A stretch of DNA of 64,000 nt from an uncultured Burkholderiales bacterium (GTDB lineage: Bacteria; Pseudomonadota; Gammaproteobacteria; Burkholderiales; Thiobacillaceae): assembly GCA_937949525.1 (NCBI GenBank), contig CALEDT010000041.1, forward strand, positions 42,709 through 106,708, written 5' to 3'. This document shows positions 21,543 through 33,206 of this stretch, one piece after another. Position 1 is the stretch's first letter. Each line of letters begins with the position of its first letter. The notes under the pieces were generated by a model. That model saw only the letters and a program-made list of their open reading frames with translations, had not been told where the DNA came from and made no database searches. Both the position numbers and the translations under genes were made by a program.

Positions 21543-23549
21543 GTGACGTCTGCCTGTGTCCCCGACGTGAAGCCCGTGCGCCAGTTGTTCGCCGCCACCA
21601 CGCTGTTCCTGATAGCGACCCTCGGCGCCGCGCACGCGCTGGCCTCGGTCGAGAATGCCTACATCGCGGCGCGCGAAGCATTCCAGAAAAAGCAGACGGC
21701 GCGCTTCGAGCAGCAGGCAGCACGCATCCCCGCTGACCATCCGCTCGCCCCCTACGTGCGCTTCTGGCGCCTGCAACTGGGACGGACGGACGAAGCGGCG
21801 ATGCTCGCCTTCATCGAACGACATGCCGACACGCCCCTGTCCAACCGCGTGCGCGGCGATCTCGCGCTCCAGTACGCGCGCGCCGGCGACTGGCAGGCGT
21901 TCGGCCGGCAGTACGCGCTGCTGCATCGCCCCGATCAGGAACTGCAGTGCCATGACCTGCGCGCGCGCATGCTGGCCGGCGAGGCCAGCGCCGAGCGCGA
22001 CGGTCTGACGCTGTGGCGCACGCCGCGCGACCTGCCGTCGAGCTGCGACGCCGTGTTCGCTTTGCTCGACGAACGCGGCCTGCTCAGCACCGAGGAGCGC
22101 CTGCGCCGTCTGCGCCTGGCGCTGGATACCGACAACCTGCGCCTGGCGCGCGACATCGATGCCCGTCTGCCGCCCGAGCTGCGCATGGTACGCGACGCGC
22201 TCACCAGTGCCCAGGCCGATGCGACGCGCTTCCTTGCGCGCGCCGCGAACACCCCTGGGCAGCGTGAAGCCGCGTTGTACGCACTTACCCGCGTTGCGCG
22301 CGACGATCCCGAGGCGGCGGCGCGCCTGTGGGAATCGCGTCAGGACGACTTCACCGAGGACGAGTGGCGTTACGGCTGGGGTCAGATCGCCCTGCACGCC
22401 GCGCGCCGCCATGACGGTCGCGCGTTGCGCTGGTTCTACCGCGCCGGCCCACCACACAGCGAGCTACAGGCGCAGTGGCGCGCGCGCGCGGCCCTGCGCG
22501 CCGGCGCCTGGCCGGACGTGTACCACGCCATCCAGGCCATGCCTGAAACCCTGCGCGATCAGGCGGTATGGCGCTACTGGCGCGCTCGCGCGCTGAAGGA
22601 ACTGAACGCGCCGTCCCAGGCCAACCAGTTGTTCGCGCCGCTGTCGCGGGAAATCCATTACTACGGCCTGCTGGCGCAGGAAGAACTGCCGGTCAAGCTG
22701 GAGGCGCGTCCGGCCGAGTACAAGGTCACCCCGGACGACATGCGCCAGATCGAGTCGCTGCCGGGCCTGCGGCGCGCACTGTTGCTGCGCCGCGCCGGTG
22801 ACCCGGCCAATGCGGTGGCGGAGTGGGATTGGGCGCTGCGTGGACTGGACGATCGTCTGATCCTCGCCGCCGCCGAGCTGGCCCGGCGTGAAAACTGGCA
22901 TGACCGCGCCATCGTCACGGCCGAACGCACGCGCGAGCTGCATGATTTCGACCTGCGTTACATCGCGCCTTATCGGGATCTGGCCAGCGCCTACTCGTCG
23001 CAGCATGGACTGGACGAGGCCTGGGTGTATGGCCTGATGCGCCAGGAGTCGCGCTTCGTCGAACACGCGCGCTCCAGCGTCGGCGCCCAGGGTCTGATGC
23101 AGATCATGCCCGCAACGGCGCGCTGGATCTCCGACCAGTTGGGCCTCAAGCGCGGTGCTCAGGCCGCCGTGCGCGATCCGGAGACCAACATTCGTTTCGG
23201 CACCTGGTATCTGCGCCATGTCTACGATTCGCTGCACCGCTCGCCGGTGCTGGCCACCGCCGCCTACAATGCGGGCCCTGGGCGGGCGCGGCGCTGGCAG
23301 GCCGAGGAGCCGCTGGAAGGCGCCATCTACGTCGAGACCATCCCGTTCGTGGAGACCCGCGAATACGTCAAGAAAGTGATGGCCAACGCCATGTTCTACC
23401 GTGCCCGCTTCGGCGCCGAGTCCCTGCCGTTGAAGGAACACCTGGGCGTGATTCCGGCACGCGCCAGCGCCGCGCGCATCGCCGCAGACACGACCGGCGA
23501 TGAACGCCCCGCGTCCGCACCGGCCGGCGCGGGAAGCGGTGAAGGCTGA
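21543..23549 (+). CDS. slt: soluble lytic murein transglycosylase (Slt70 family)
   Basis: Superhelical N-domain, then catalytic GLMRQESRF...GLMQIMP...AAYNAGPGR. A more likely start is GTG 21567 (VKPVRQLFAATTLFLIATLGAAHALA signal peptide). Confidence 0.92.
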   Translation: MTSACVPDVKPVRQLFAATTLFLIATLGAAHALASVENAYIAAREAFQKKQTARFEQQAARIPADHPLAPYVRFWRLQLGRTDEAAMLAFIERHADTPLSNRVRGDLALQYARAGDWQAFGRQYALLHRPDQELQCHDLRARMLAGEASAERDGLTLWRTPRDLPSSCDAVFALLDERGLLSTEERLRRLRLALDTDNLRLARDIDARLPPELRMVRDALTSAQADATRFLARAANTPGQREAALYALTRVARDDPEAAARLWESRQDDFTEDEWRYGWGQIALHAARRHDGRALRWFYRAGPPHSELQAQWRARAALRAGAWPDVYHAIQAMPETLRDQAVWRYWRARALKELNAPSQANQLFAPLSREIHYYGLLAQEELPVKLEARPAEYKVTPDDMRQIESLPGLRRALLLRRAGDPANAVAEWDWALRGLDDRLILAAAELARRENWHDRAIVTAERTRELHDFDLRYIAPYRDLASAYSSQHGLDEAWVYGLMRQESRFVEHARSSVGAQGLMQIMPATARWISDQLGLKRGAQAAVRDPETNIRFGTWYLRHVYDSLHRSPVLATAAYNAGPGRARRWQAEEPLEGAIYVETIPFVETREYVKKVMANAMFYRARFGAESLPLKEHLGVIPARASAARIAADTTGDERPASAPAGAGSGEG

Positions 23550-23611
23550 GCTGGTCCGACACGCGGCTGAGCTACGCCACGGCTTGATTTCTCATTGATC
23601 GATGCAATGCG

Positions 23612-24610
23612 ATGACCCTACGTAACCTGTGCATCCTGGGCGGCAGCGGCTTCGTCGGCCGACATCTGCTCACCCTGCTGGCCGCGCGTGGCTATCGCGT
23701 CACGGTGCCCACCCGGCGACGCGAGGCGGCCAAACACCTGCTCGTGCTGCCCACCGTCGAGGTGGTCGAGGCCGACATCCACGATCCGGCCACCTTACGC
23801 CGACTGTTCGCCGGCGCCGACGCCGTGATCAACCTGGTCGGCATCCTGCACGAACGCGCGTCGCGCCGCGCCGATGACGAGTGCTCACGGCGCGGCAGTT
23901 TTCAGCACGCGCATGTCGAACTGCCGCGCAAGGTGGTTGAGGCTTGCCGCGAAAGCGGCGTGCCACGCCTACTGCACATGAGCGCGCTCGGCGCCGACGT
24001 CGACGCGCGCAGCGTCTATCAGCGCACCAAGGGCATGGGCGAGGCGCTGGTGCTGGAGGCGGGCGCATCGCACCCCGGCCAGGCCGGTAAGCCCCTGGCG
24101 GTGACCGTGTTCCGGCCGTCCGTGGTGTTCGGCCCGGGCGACAGTTTCCTGAGCCTGTTCGCCGACCTGCTGCGGCTGGCGCCGGTCGTGCCGCTGGCGG
24201 GCGCCAAAGCCCGCTTCCAGCCGGTCTATGTCGGTGACGTGGCGCGCGCCTTCGCCGACGCGCTGGCCGATCGCGATACGTTCGGGGAGCGCTACGACCT
24301 GTGCGGCCCCAGGGTCTATACCTTGCAGGAACTGGTCGAGCTGACGGCGCGCACGCTGGGCATGCGCCGCCTGGTCGTCCCGCTCGGCGTCACCGCGTCG
24401 TATTGGTTCGCACGCCTGATGGAGCTGAAACCCGGCAGCAAGATCATGACCCGCGACAACCATTACGCCATGCTCACCGACAACGTCTGCGACACACCCT
24501 TCCCGTGCCGGTTTGGCGCGCCGACCGCGCTCGAAAGCGTGATCGGTTATCTGCGCGAAGACGGCCCGCGACGGCGCTATGACGCGCTGCGTGCCCATGC
24601 CAGACGCTGA
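23612..24610 (+). CDS. NAD(P)H-binding SDR, complex I NDUFA9-like family
   Basis: [12 protein letters not shown] Rossmann motif and extended-SDR architecture. Confidence 0.82.
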   Translation: MTLRNLCILGGSGFVGRHLLTLLAARGYRVTVPTRRREAAKHLLVLPTVEVVEADIHDPATLRRLFAGADAVINLVGILHERASRRADDECSRRGSFQHAHVELPRKVVEACRESGVPRLLHMSALGADVDARSVYQRTKGMGEALVLEAGASHPGQAGKPLAVTVFRPSVVFGPGDSFLSLFADLLRLAPVVPLAGAKARFQPVYVGDVARAFADALADRDTFGERYDLCGPRVYTLQELVELTARTLGMRRLVVPLGVTASYWFARLMELKPGSKIMTRDNHYAMLTDNVCDTPFPCRFGAPTALESVIGYLREDGPRRRYDALRAHARR

Positions 24611-24645
24611 TCGGCCGACGCGCCGCTGAACAACGGCTGCCGACC

Positions 24646-25869
24646 GTGGATTTTCCCGCCGGCATCCGCGCATATGTTGTCGGCGGTGCAGTGCGCGACG
24701 CGCTGCTCGGCCTGACGCCGGGGGATCGCGATCACGTCGTCGTGGGCGCCACACCGGAGGACATGGTGGCCCTCGGCTTCCGTCCGGTGGGCAAGGATTT
24801 TCCGGTGTTCCTGCATCCGCGCACGCACGAGGAATACGCATTGGCCCGCACCGAGCGCAAGACCGCGCGCGGTTACAAGGGCTTCACCGTGTACGCGGCA
24901 CCGGACGTCACGCTGGAGGAGGATCTACGCCGCCGCGACCTCACGATCAATGCCATGGCGCTGGCCACCGACGGCAGCCTGATCGACCCCTTCGGCGGCC
25001 GCGCCGACCTCGATGCGCATGTGCTGCGACACGTCTCGCCGGCGTTTGCCGAGGATCCGGTGCGCATTCTGCGCGTGGCGCGCTTCGCGGCGCGTTACAC
25101 CGGCTTCACCGTGGCAGCGGACACCCTGGCACTGATGCGCGCCATGGTGGCATCGGGAGAAGTCGATGCGCTGGTGCCGGAACGTGTATGGCAGGAGCTG
25201 TCCCGAGGACTGATGGAACGGATGCCCTCGCGCATGTTCCTGACTCTGCGCGCCTGCGGCGCGCTGGCACGCTTGCTGCCGGAGCTCGATCGCCTGTTCG
25301 GCGTGCCGCAGCCTGCGACGCACCATCCGGAAATCGACACCGGCGATCACGTGATGCGGGTGATCGATGTCGCCGCTGAATCCCGGCTGCCCCTGCCGGT
25401 GCGTTACGCCGCGCTGCTGCATGATCTGGGCAAAGGCACGACGCCACCGGAACAATGGCCGCATCATGTCGGCCATGAAACACGCGGCGCCGATCTGGCC
25501 CGGAACGTCAGCGAGCGCCTGCGCGCACCGCGTGAATGCCGTGACCTTGCGGTGCTGGTGGCGCGCGAGCACACCATGGTGCACCGCGCTCTGGAACTGC
25601 GTCCGGCCACGCTGGTGCAGTTGTTGGAACGGGTCGATGCATTCCGCCGGCCCGAACGTTTCGAACAGATATTGGCGGGGTGCGAAGCGGATTTCCACGG
25701 CCGCGCCGACCATGACGCGCGCCCCTATCCCCAGGCGGCCCACCTGCGCGCGGCACTGGCCGCGGCGCGCCGGGTCGATGCCGGCGCCATTGCGGCGCAG
25801 GCCGACCCGGCGCGCATCGCCGGTGCATTGCACGCTGCGCGCGTCGCGGCGGTGCGCGATGCGTTCTGA
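24646..25869 (+). CDS. cca: multifunctional CCA-adding tRNA nucleotidyltransferase with HD domain
   Basis: [16 protein letters not shown]..., RTERK, C-terminal HD (LLHDLGK). GTG start. Confidence 0.95.
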   Translation: MDFPAGIRAYVVGGAVRDALLGLTPGDRDHVVVGATPEDMVALGFRPVGKDFPVFLHPRTHEEYALARTERKTARGYKGFTVYAAPDVTLEEDLRRRDLTINAMALATDGSLIDPFGGRADLDAHVLRHVSPAFAEDPVRILRVARFAARYTGFTVAADTLALMRAMVASGEVDALVPERVWQELSRGLMERMPSRMFLTLRACGALARLLPELDRLFGVPQPATHHPEIDTGDHVMRVIDVAAESRLPLPVRYAALLHDLGKGTTPPEQWPHHVGHETRGADLARNVSERLRAPRECRDLAVLVAREHTMVHRALELRPATLVQLLERVDAFRRPERFEQILAGCEADFHGRADHDARPYPQAAHLRAALAAARRVDAGAIAAQADPARIAGALHAARVAAVRDAF

Positions 25870-25888
25870 GTGCCCGGGCAAGCGCGCG

Positions 25889-26599
25889 TCAGTCCGTCGG
25901 CACCAGTCCGGTGCGGATGGCGTAGCGCGTCAGTCCGGCCACGTCGTGGATGTTGAGACGCTGCATCAACTGCGCGCGGTGACTCTCCACCGTCTTCACG
26001 CTGACATGCAGTTGCGATGCGATCTCGCGCGTCGCATAGCCGCGCGCGATCAGATGCAGGATCTCGCGCTGACGCGGCGTCAGGCGATCATCGCGATGTG
26101 CCAGCGCGGACGGCTCCTCGGTACGCAGGAAATCCTCGATCACCGCCACGGCATCTTTCAGATTGGACAGCACGGAGCGATGCTTCTCGCTGGCCTTGCG
26201 TAGATCCTCCAGCGCCTGCTTGTGGTTGGTCACATCGACGCAGTGGCCGATGAAGCCCAACACGTTGCCAGCCTCGTCGCGATAAGGTTCGCCGCTCTTG
26301 TGCATGACGCGATAGCGGCCATCGCGCCGCCGCAGCCGGCACTCGACGGAAAACGGCTTGAGCGATTCCAGCGCCTCGCCAATCTGCCCCGGCCAGGCTG
26401 CGGCATCCTCGGGATGCATGGCCGCGAGCCAGCCCTCGCCCAGCGAATCCTCCAGCCTGCGCCCCGTGAACTCCCGCCACGCCCGGTTGACCAAGCGGCA
26501 CGCTCCGTCCGGAGCCGCCACCCAGATGATGGTAGGCACCCAGTCGAGCGCGCGGACCATATCTGCGGTCAGTTCGCCACCCATGGCGTCGATACTCAT
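25889..26599 (-). CDS. PAS domain / LuxR-type HTH transcriptional regulator
   Basis: N-terminal PAS (RLVNRAWREFTGR...HPED...GFIGHCVDVT). C-terminal LTPRQREILHLIARGYATREIASQLHVSVKTVESHR. Confidence 0.85.
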   Translation of the reverse strand: MSIDAMGGELTADMVRALDWVPTIIWVAAPDGACRLVNRAWREFTGRRLEDSLGEGWLAAMHPEDAAAWPGQIGEALESLKPFSVECRLRRRDGRYRVMHKSGEPYRDEAGNVLGFIGHCVDVTNHKQALEDLRKASEKHRSVLSNLKDAVAVIEDFLRTEEPSALAHRDDRLTPRQREILHLIARGYATREIASQLHVSVKTVESHRAQLMQRLNIHDVAGLTRYAIRTGLVPTD

Positions 26600-26751
26600 A
26601 ACGGATTGCTCCTCGCTGGCGCGAACGGCCGCGCCGTCGTATTAAAGTTTTATAGCTTAGGATCATCTCCGGCGGCCAAGAATCGGGGAATACCTGATTC
26701 TTCTGATGGGTTTCTTCGATATACGGGTCCGATAACTCGGCAATCACGTGC

Positions 26752-28299
26752 TCATTTGAGGAACAGCGCGTATGCGGGGTTGCGCGATTCGTTCCAGTAA
26801 CGGTAGCCGAGCTGGTCCAGCGAAGTCTGGAACGCCTCGCGCTGCTCGGGTGGCACCTGGATACCGACCAGCACGCGGCCGTAGTCGGCACCGTGGTTGC
26901 GGTAATGGAACAGGCTGATGTTCCAGGCGTGGCTCATGCCGTTGAGGAAGCGCATCAGCGCGCCCGGACGCTCGGGGAACTCGAAACGGTACAGCACTTC
27001 GTTGTCCACCTGGCGCGCGCGGCCGCCGACCAAGTGGCGGATGTGCAGCTTGGCCATCTCGTTATCGGACAGGTCGAGCACCGGCAGTTGGTGCTTCTCC
27101 AGCGCCGCCAGCAGCTTGTCGACTTCCGCCCGGTTACCGACCTGCACGCCGACGAAGATGTGCGCTACCTCGGGGTCGGCGAAGCGGTAATTGAACTCGG
27201 TGATGGCGCGCGTACCCAGCAGAGAACAGAACGCCTTGAAACTGCCGGGGCGCTCCGGGATCGACACCGCCAGCACCGCCTCGCGCTTCTCGCCCAGTTC
27301 GGCGCGCTCGGCGACGAAACGCAGGCGGTCGAAGTTCATGTTGGCGCCACTGGCGATGGCCACCAGGTTGCGGTGCCGGGCCTTCTCGCGCGCCACCCAG
27401 GCCTTGATGCCGGCCACGCCCAGCGCCCCGGCGGGCTCCAGGATGGAGCGGGTATCCTCGAACACATCCTTGATCGCCGCGCAGATCGCATCGTTGCTGA
27501 CGCGGATGATCTCGTCGACGTAATGCTGGCATAGCCGGAAGGTCTCTTCCCCGACCTGCTTGACGGCGACGCCGTCGGCGAAGATGCCGACCTGCGGCAG
27601 CACGATGCGCTCCTTGCGGCACAGGCTGCGCGCCATGGCGTCGGCCTCCTCCGGCTCGACACCGATCACCCTGATTTCCGGCCGCAGCCGCTTGAGATAG
27701 GCGGCGATGCCGGCGATCAGGCCGCCGCCGCCCACCGGCACGAACACCGCGTCGATCGGCGTGCGCGCCTGACGCAGTAGCTCCATGCCGATGGTGCCCT
27801 GGCCGGCGATGACTTCGGGATCGTCATAGGGATGCACGAAGGTCTTCTTCTCCGCCTTGGCGATTTCCATGCCGTGCCGGTAAGCATCATCGTAGGAATC
27901 GCCATGCAGTACCACCTCGGCGCCACGTTTGGCGACCGCATCCACCTTGATCGCCGGGGTCGTCGCCGGCATCACGATGGTCGCCGCGCAACCCAGCACC
28001 TCGGCGGCCATGGCCACGCCCTGAGCGTGGTTGCCGGCGCTGGCGGCGACCACGCCGCGCTTCAGTTGCGCCTTGGGCAATCCCGCCATCTTGTTGTAGG
28101 CACCGCGCAACTTGAACGAGAACACCGGCTGCATGTCCTCGCGCTTCAGCCAGACGGTGTTGCCCAGGCGGCGCGACAGGTTCGGCGCTTCGTCCAGCGG
28201 CGATTCGATCGCCACGTCGTAGACGCGCGCGAGCAGGATGCGCTCCAGATAGTCGATGGCAACGGGCGTCGGCGAGGGTGACGGAGCGGCAGTCGGCAC
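26752..28299 (-). CDS. ilvA: biosynthetic threonine ammonia-lyase
   Basis: PLP site [15 protein letters not shown], plus two C-terminal ACT-like regulatory repeats. GTG start. Confidence 0.96.
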   Translation of the reverse strand: MPTAAPSPSPTPVAIDYLERILLARVYDVAIESPLDEAPNLSRRLGNTVWLKREDMQPVFSFKLRGAYNKMAGLPKAQLKRGVVAASAGNHAQGVAMAAEVLGCAATIVMPATTPAIKVDAVAKRGAEVVLHGDSYDDAYRHGMEIAKAEKKTFVHPYDDPEVIAGQGTIGMELLRQARTPIDAVFVPVGGGGLIAGIAAYLKRLRPEIRVIGVEPEEADAMARSLCRKERIVLPQVGIFADGVAVKQVGEETFRLCQHYVDEIIRVSNDAICAAIKDVFEDTRSILEPAGALGVAGIKAWVAREKARHRNLVAIASGANMNFDRLRFVAERAELGEKREAVLAVSIPERPGSFKAFCSLLGTRAITEFNYRFADPEVAHIFVGVQVGNRAEVDKLLAALEKHQLPVLDLSDNEMAKLHIRHLVGGRARQVDNEVLYRFEFPERPGALMRFLNGMSHAWNISLFHYRNHGADYGRVLVGIQVPPEQREAFQTSLDQLGYRYWNESRNPAYALFLK

Positions 28300-28369
28300 A
28301 GGGTTTGCTGGGGACGGGAAAGGCCGCTATTCTCGTGCTTTCCCCGCAAACGACAAAGAGCAACGCGAC

Positions 28370-29029
28370 ATGATGACGCAAGACGAAATGAAACAGGCCA
28401 CGGCGCGCGCCGCGCTGGAATACGTGACCCCCGGCATCATCGGCGTGGGCACCGGCTCCACCGCCAACTATTTCATCGACGCGCTGGCCGACATCAAGGG
28501 CCGCATCGATGGTGCCGTGGCCTCCTCGGTGGCCACGGCCGAGCGCCTGAAGAAGCACGGCATCGAGGTGATCGATCTCAACGATGCCGGCGAGTTGCAG
28601 GTGTACGTCGACGGCGCCGACGAGATCACGCGCCACATGGCCATGATCAAGGGTGGCGGCGGCGCGCTGACGCGTGAAAAGATCGTGGCCGCCTGCGCCA
28701 GGAAATTCGTCTGCATCGTCGATCAGAGCAAACTGGTGGATGTGCTGGGCAAGTTCCCGATGCCGGTGGAAGTGATTCCGATGGCCCGTTCCTACATTGC
28801 CCGACAACTGGTCAAACTGGGCGGCAACCCCGTGCTGCGCAGCGGCTTCACCACCGACAACGGCAACGTGATCCTGGACGTGCACGGCCTCGACATCCTC
28901 GATCCCGTGGCCTTGGAAAGCGAGATCAACCAGCTCGCCGGCGTGGTCACCGTCGGCCTGTTCGCGCGCCGCGGCGCCGATGTCTGCCTGATGGGCACGC
29001 CGGAGGGCGTGCGCACGCTGACGCGCTGA
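28370..29029 (+). CDS. rpiA: ribose-5-phosphate isomerase A
   Basis: [15 protein letters not shown]...VDGADE...[11 protein letters not shown]...[11 protein letters not shown] at 28370. Confidence 0.95.
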   Translation: MMTQDEMKQATARAALEYVTPGIIGVGTGSTANYFIDALADIKGRIDGAVASSVATAERLKKHGIEVIDLNDAGELQVYVDGADEITRHMAMIKGGGGALTREKIVAACARKFVCIVDQSKLVDVLGKFPMPVEVIPMARSYIARQLVKLGGNPVLRSGFTTDNGNVILDVHGLDILDPVALESEINQLAGVVTVGLFARRGADVCLMGTPEGVRTLTR

Positions 29030-29131
29030 GGGAGCGAAAGCCAACGGACTGGCCCTGAAAGGCGGGACGCAGCACGGGGTCGCCGCGCCGGCGTGGCGGC
29101 CGATACGCGCCGCGGGCTGTCCCAGCGAAAT

Positions 29132-29335
29132 CTACGAGCGCACGGGCCGGTCATCGTCCGCATCGGTGAGCGGCGCGTCGTCCGCCACCGGCACGCGATA
29201 GCGTTCGCTCGCCCATTCACCCAGATCGATCAGCTTGCAGCGCTGGCTGCAGAAGGGTCTCCAGGCGCTCTCCGCCACCCACGCCACCCGGCTGCCGCAG
29301 GTGGGGCAATGCACCCATCGGGGACGTTCGGTCAT
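29132..29335 (-). CDS. yacG: DNA gyrase inhibitor YacG (zinc finger)
   Basis: [10 protein letters not shown]....[16 protein letters not shown] matches YacG. Confidence 0.85.
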   Translation of the reverse strand: MTERPRWVHCPTCGSRVAWVAESAWRPFCSQRCKLIDLGEWASERYRVPVADDAPLTDADDDRPVRS

Positions 29336-29348
29336 CGCGCGCCTCGCC

Positions 29349-29376
29349 AAAGAAAAAGGGCGGCCCGAGCCGCCCC
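29349..29376 (-). terminator. rho-independent terminator after erpA
   Basis: Minus strand reads GGGGCGGCtcgGGCCGCCCtttttcttt. Confidence 0.55.
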
Positions 29377-29393
29377 GTTCGCCCTACGCGACC

Positions 29394-29741
29394 TCAGACC
29401 GAGAAGGAGGAACCACAGCCGCAGGTGGACACGGCGTTCGGGTTCTTGATGACGAACTGTGCGCCTTCCAGACCCTCGGTGTAATCGATCTCGGCGCCCA
29501 TCATGTACTGCATGCTCATCGGATCGATCAGCAGCGTCACGCCGTTCTTCTGCATGACCATGTCGTCCTCGTTGGTCACCTCGTCGAAGGTGAAGCCGTA
29601 CTGGAAGCCGGAGCAACCACCGCCGGTGACGAACACGCGCAGCTTCAGATCGGGATTGCCCTCCTCCTCGATCAGGGCCTTGACCTTGTTGGCGGCGCTG
29701 TCGGAGAAGATGAAGGGAGACATTTCGGTAGCGGCGTTCAT
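29394..29741 (-). CDS. erpA: iron-sulfur cluster insertion protein ErpA
   Basis: [17 protein letters not shown]...[14 protein letters not shown] at 29741. Confidence 0.93.
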   Translation of the reverse strand: MNAATEMSPFIFSDSAANKVKALIEEEGNPDLKLRVFVTGGGCSGFQYGFTFDEVTNEDDMVMQKNGVTLLIDPMSMQYMMGAEIDYTEGLEGAQFVIKNPNAVSTCGCGSSFSV

Positions 29742-29910
29742 GACGATCCTTTCAAGTGAAACCGGTATGCCGGCATTATTGGGGCGGCCCGCCACCCCGT
29801 CAACCACGGCGCGTTCAGGGGGATGGCCGGGTCGATGCGGTCGGCAGCGTCGGCACGTCCGCCCGGACGGGTCCCAGGCAGGCGCCGGCACGACGCCGCC
29901 GTTTTCCACA

Positions 29911-30939
29911 TCACGGCGCCACGGGAATCTGGGTCAGGCCCTCGTGCTCCGGCAGGCCGAACAGCAGGTTCATGTTCTGCACGGCCTGACCGGCGGCACC
30001 CTTGACCAGGTTGTCGATCACCGACAGCACCACCACGGTATCCCCGCCCTGCGGCCGATGCACGGCGATGCGGCACAGGTTGGAGGCGCGCACCGAACGC
30101 GTTTCCGGATGCGATTTCGCCGGCAGCACGTCGACGAAATACTCGTTGGCGTAGCGCGCCTCGAACAGCGTCTGCACGTCGATGTCGCGGCGCAGCCGGG
30201 CATACAACGTGGCATGGATGCCGCGGATCAATGGGGTCAGGTGCGGCACGAAGGTGAGCCCGACGTCCTGGCCGGCCATGCGTGCGAGTCCTTGGCGGAT
30301 CTCCGGCCAGTGTCGATGACCCGGCACCGCGTAGGCCTTGAAACTGTCCGACGCCTCGGCGAACAGCGTCGCCACTTCCGCCTTGCGCCCGGCACCGGAA
30401 ACGCCCGACTTGCAGTCGGCGACCATCCACGCGGTATCGATCGCACCGGCTTCCAGCAGCGGCAGGAAACCGAGCTGCACGGCGGTAGGATAGCAGCCGG
30501 GGTTGGCGATCAGGCGCGCACCGGGAATGCTCGCGCGGTTGACCTCCGGCAGACCGTAGACCGCCTCGGCCACCAGATCCGGGCAGGCATGCTCCATGCC
30601 ATACCATTTCGACCACTCGGCGATGTCCTGGATGCGGAAGTCGGCGGCGAGGTCGATGACCTTCACGCCGGCGTCGAGCAGCTCGCGGGTCTGCTGCATG
30701 GCCACGCCGTTGGGTGTGGCGAAGAACACCACGTCGCAATCCTTGAGCGGCGCCTCCTCGGGGGTGCTGAAGGCCAACGCGATGCGACCACGCAGGCTGG
30801 GGAACATGTCCGCCACCGGCATGCCGGCTTCCTTGCGCGAGGTGATGGTGGTGAGTTGCACGTTCGGGTGCTGCGCCAGAAGGCGCAGCAGTTCGACGCC
30901 GGTATAGCCGGTGCCACCGACAATGCCTGCCTTGATCAT
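29911..30939 (-). CDS. argC: N-acetyl-gamma-glutamyl-phosphate reductase
   Basis: [21 protein letters not shown]..., NPGCYPT active site. Confidence 0.96.
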   Translation of the reverse strand: MIKAGIVGGTGYTGVELLRLLAQHPNVQLTTITSRKEAGMPVADMFPSLRGRIALAFSTPEEAPLKDCDVVFFATPNGVAMQQTRELLDAGVKVIDLAADFRIQDIAEWSKWYGMEHACPDLVAEAVYGLPEVNRASIPGARLIANPGCYPTAVQLGFLPLLEAGAIDTAWMVADCKSGVSGAGRKAEVATLFAEASDSFKAYAVPGHRHWPEIRQGLARMAGQDVGLTFVPHLTPLIRGIHATLYARLRRDIDVQTLFEARYANEYFVDVLPAKSHPETRSVRASNLCRIAVHRPQGGDTVVVLSVIDNLVKGAAGQAVQNMNLLFGLPEHEGLTQIPVAP

Positions 30940-31000
30940 GTCGTGGGATCCTGTAGGTGAGCGGATGAAAAGCAGGCGCGATGCTAAAGCGCTTTCCCCG

Positions 31001-31029
31001 AAAAAACAAAAAGCCGCCCGCAGGCGGCT
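31001..31029 (-). terminator. rho-independent terminator after rpsI
   Basis: Minus strand reads AGCCGCCtgcGGGCGGCTttttgtttttt, directly after the rpsI stop. Confidence 0.6.
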
Positions 31030-31048
31030 GTTGCCGGCAGCGCTGGTA

Positions 31049-31441
31049 TCAGCGCTTGGAGAACTGCTTGCGCCGGCGCGCCTTGTGCAGGCCGACCTTC
31101 TTGCGCTCCACCTCGCGCGCGTCGCGCGTGACGAAACCGGCCTTCTTCAGCGTGCCCTTGAGCGCCGCATCGTATTCGATCAGCGCCCGAGTGATGCCGT
31201 GGCGCACCGCGCCAGCCTGACCGGTTTCACCGCCGCCCGTGACGTTGACCATGATGTCGAAGCTGTCCGCACGCTCGGTCAGCACCAGCGGCTGACGCAC
31301 GATCATGCGCCCGGTCTCGCGCGAGAAGTATTCGTCCACGGGCTTGCCGTTGACCACGATGCTGCCGCTGCCAGACTTGATGAATACGCGCGCCACCGAG
31401 CTCTTGCGGCGGCCGGTGCCATAGTAATAGTTGCCGATCAT
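31049..31441 (-). CDS. rpsI: 30S ribosomal protein S9
   Basis: [15 protein letters not shown]...[12 protein letters not shown]...[17 protein letters not shown]. Confidence 0.97.
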   Translation of the reverse strand: MIGNYYYGTGRRKSSVARVFIKSGSGSIVVNGKPVDEYFSRETGRMIVRQPLVLTERADSFDIMVNVTGGGETGQAGAVRHGITRALIEYDAALKGTLKKAGFVTRDAREVERKKVGLHKARRRKQFSKR

Positions 31442-31452
31442 GCTCGGAGTCC

Positions 31453-31881
31453 TCAGATTTCCAGGGGTTGCGGTTGCTGCGCGGTGTGCGGGTGCGTGGC
31501 GCCCGCGTAGACCTTCAGCTTCTTGATCATGGCGTAGCCGAGCGGACCCTTGGGCAACATGCCCTTGACCGCCTTTTCCAACGCGCGCCCGGGGAAACGC
31601 GCCTGCATCTTGCCGAAGTTGGTTTCCGTGATGCCGCCAGGGAACGTGGAGTGGCGATAGTACTTCTTGTCGAGCGCCTTGTTGCCGGTGACGCGGATCT
31701 TGTCGACGTTGACCACGACGATGTAGTCGCCCGTGTCCACGTGCGGCGTGTAGATGGCCTTGTGCTTGCCGCGCAGACGACGGGCGATTTCGGAGGCGAG
31801 ACGGCCAAGCACCTTGTCGGTGCCGTCGACCAGATACCAGCCGTGCTGAACCTCGTGGGGCTTGGCGGAGAAGGTTTTCAT
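31453..31881 (-). CDS. rplM: 50S ribosomal protein L13
   Basis: [39 protein letters not shown]. Confidence 0.97.
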   Translation of the reverse strand: MKTFSAKPHEVQHGWYLVDGTDKVLGRLASEIARRLRGKHKAIYTPHVDTGDYIVVVNVDKIRVTGNKALDKKYYRHSTFPGGITETNFGKMQARFPGRALEKAVKGMLPKGPLGYAMIKKLKVYAGATHPHTAQQPQPLEI

Positions 31882-31991
31882 GGCGCGATCCAGAACAGGG
31901 GGACTTCGGAAAAACGCGGATTCTATGTTGGCCACGCAACGCTGTCAAACCGCGCTATCGATGGCCGGCGATCCCGGCAATAATACGGGAC

Positions 31992-32741
31992 ATGTCCATC
32001 GACTGGCTGCTCACCAACCTGATCGCCACCCTGCTGTTGCCGCCGGTCAGCCTGTTGCTGTTGTGCGCGCTGGGCTGGTGGCTGCTGTCGCGCCGCCCGC
32101 GTCTGGGACGCGCGCTGCTGGGCGCCGCGCTGGCCGCGCTGTGGCTGTTGTCCACGCCCATCGTCGCCGGCCGCCTGTTGGACGGCCTGAAGCCGCCCCA
32201 TGCCGTGCTCGATGGGTCGGAGGCGGACGCCATCGTCATTCTGGGCGGTGGACGGATCCGCGATTCGCTCGATTACGACGGCGACACGCTGGGCGCGCTG
32301 ACGCTGGAGCGGGTGCGCTACGGCGCACGCCTGGCGCGCATGCTGGACAAACCCGTGCTGGTGACCGGTGGCATGCCGGACGGCGGTTCGCGCGGCGAGG
32401 GCGAACTGATGCGCGCGGCACTGGAGACCGAATTCTCGACGCCGGTGCGCTGGGTCGAGCAGCACGCCAACAACACGCGCGAAAACGCCCGCCTGGCCGC
32501 GGCGCAACTGCATCACGATGGCGTGGCACGCATCTACCTGGTATCGCACGCCTGGCATCTGGCGCGTGCGGTGCCGGAGTTCGAGGCGACGGGGCTCAAG
32601 GTCACGCCCGCCGGTTTCGGTTACCACGCCGGCGCCCGGCCGGCGCCGCTCGACTTCCTGCCGCAGGGCAAGGCGCTGCAGGACAGTTACTTCGCCTGCC
32701 ATGAATGGCTGGGCCTGCTCTGGTATCGCTTGCGCAACTGA
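31992..32741 (+). CDS. YdcF/ElyC-like DUF218 membrane protein
   Basis: N-terminal TM helices, AIVILGGG, NTRENA, LVSHAWH motifs. Confidence 0.8.
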   Translation: MSIDWLLTNLIATLLLPPVSLLLLCALGWWLLSRRPRLGRALLGAALAALWLLSTPIVAGRLLDGLKPPHAVLDGSEADAIVILGGGRIRDSLDYDGDTLGALTLERVRYGARLARMLDKPVLVTGGMPDGGSRGEGELMRAALETEFSTPVRWVEQHANNTRENARLAAAQLHHDGVARIYLVSHAWHLARAVPEFEATGLKVTPAGFGYHAGARPAPLDFLPQGKALQDSYFACHEWLGLLWYRLRN

Positions 32742-32759
32742 CGGTGGAAAGGACGACCG

Positions 32760-33206
32760 ATGAAATCGCGTGTCAAGTGGGTGGAGAACGTGTGCTTCAT
32801 GGCCGAGGCCGACAGCGGCCACGCCCTCATCATGGATGGCTCGCCGGACATCGGCGGGCGCAATCTGGGGCCACGGCCGATGGAACTGCTGCTGATGGGC
32901 GCGGGGGGATGCACCTCGGTCGACGTGATCATGATCCTACGCAAGAGCCGCCAGGACGTGACCGGTTGCGAAGTCGAGATCGACGCCGACCGCGCCGGTG
33001 ACCATCCCAAGGTGTTCACCCGCATCCACATGCATTTCATCGTGCGCGGGCGCGGCCTCAGAGCCGAGATCGTCGAACGGGCGATCAGGCTGTCGGCGGA
33101 AAAGTACTGCTCGGCCAGCATCATGCTGGGCAAGACGGCAGCGATGACGCACGACTTCGAGATCGTCGAGGAGCCGACCGGCGCCCAGCCCGCGGCCACA
33201 CCCTAA
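32760..33206 (+). CDS. OsmC family protein
   Basis: GPRPMELLLMGAGGCTSVD...KYCSAS conserved Cys pair. Confidence 0.85.
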   Translation: MKSRVKWVENVCFMAEADSGHALIMDGSPDIGGRNLGPRPMELLLMGAGGCTSVDVIMILRKSRQDVTGCEVEIDADRAGDHPKVFTRIHMHFIVRGRGLRAEIVERAIRLSAEKYCSASIMLGKTAAMTHDFEIVEEPTGAQPAATP

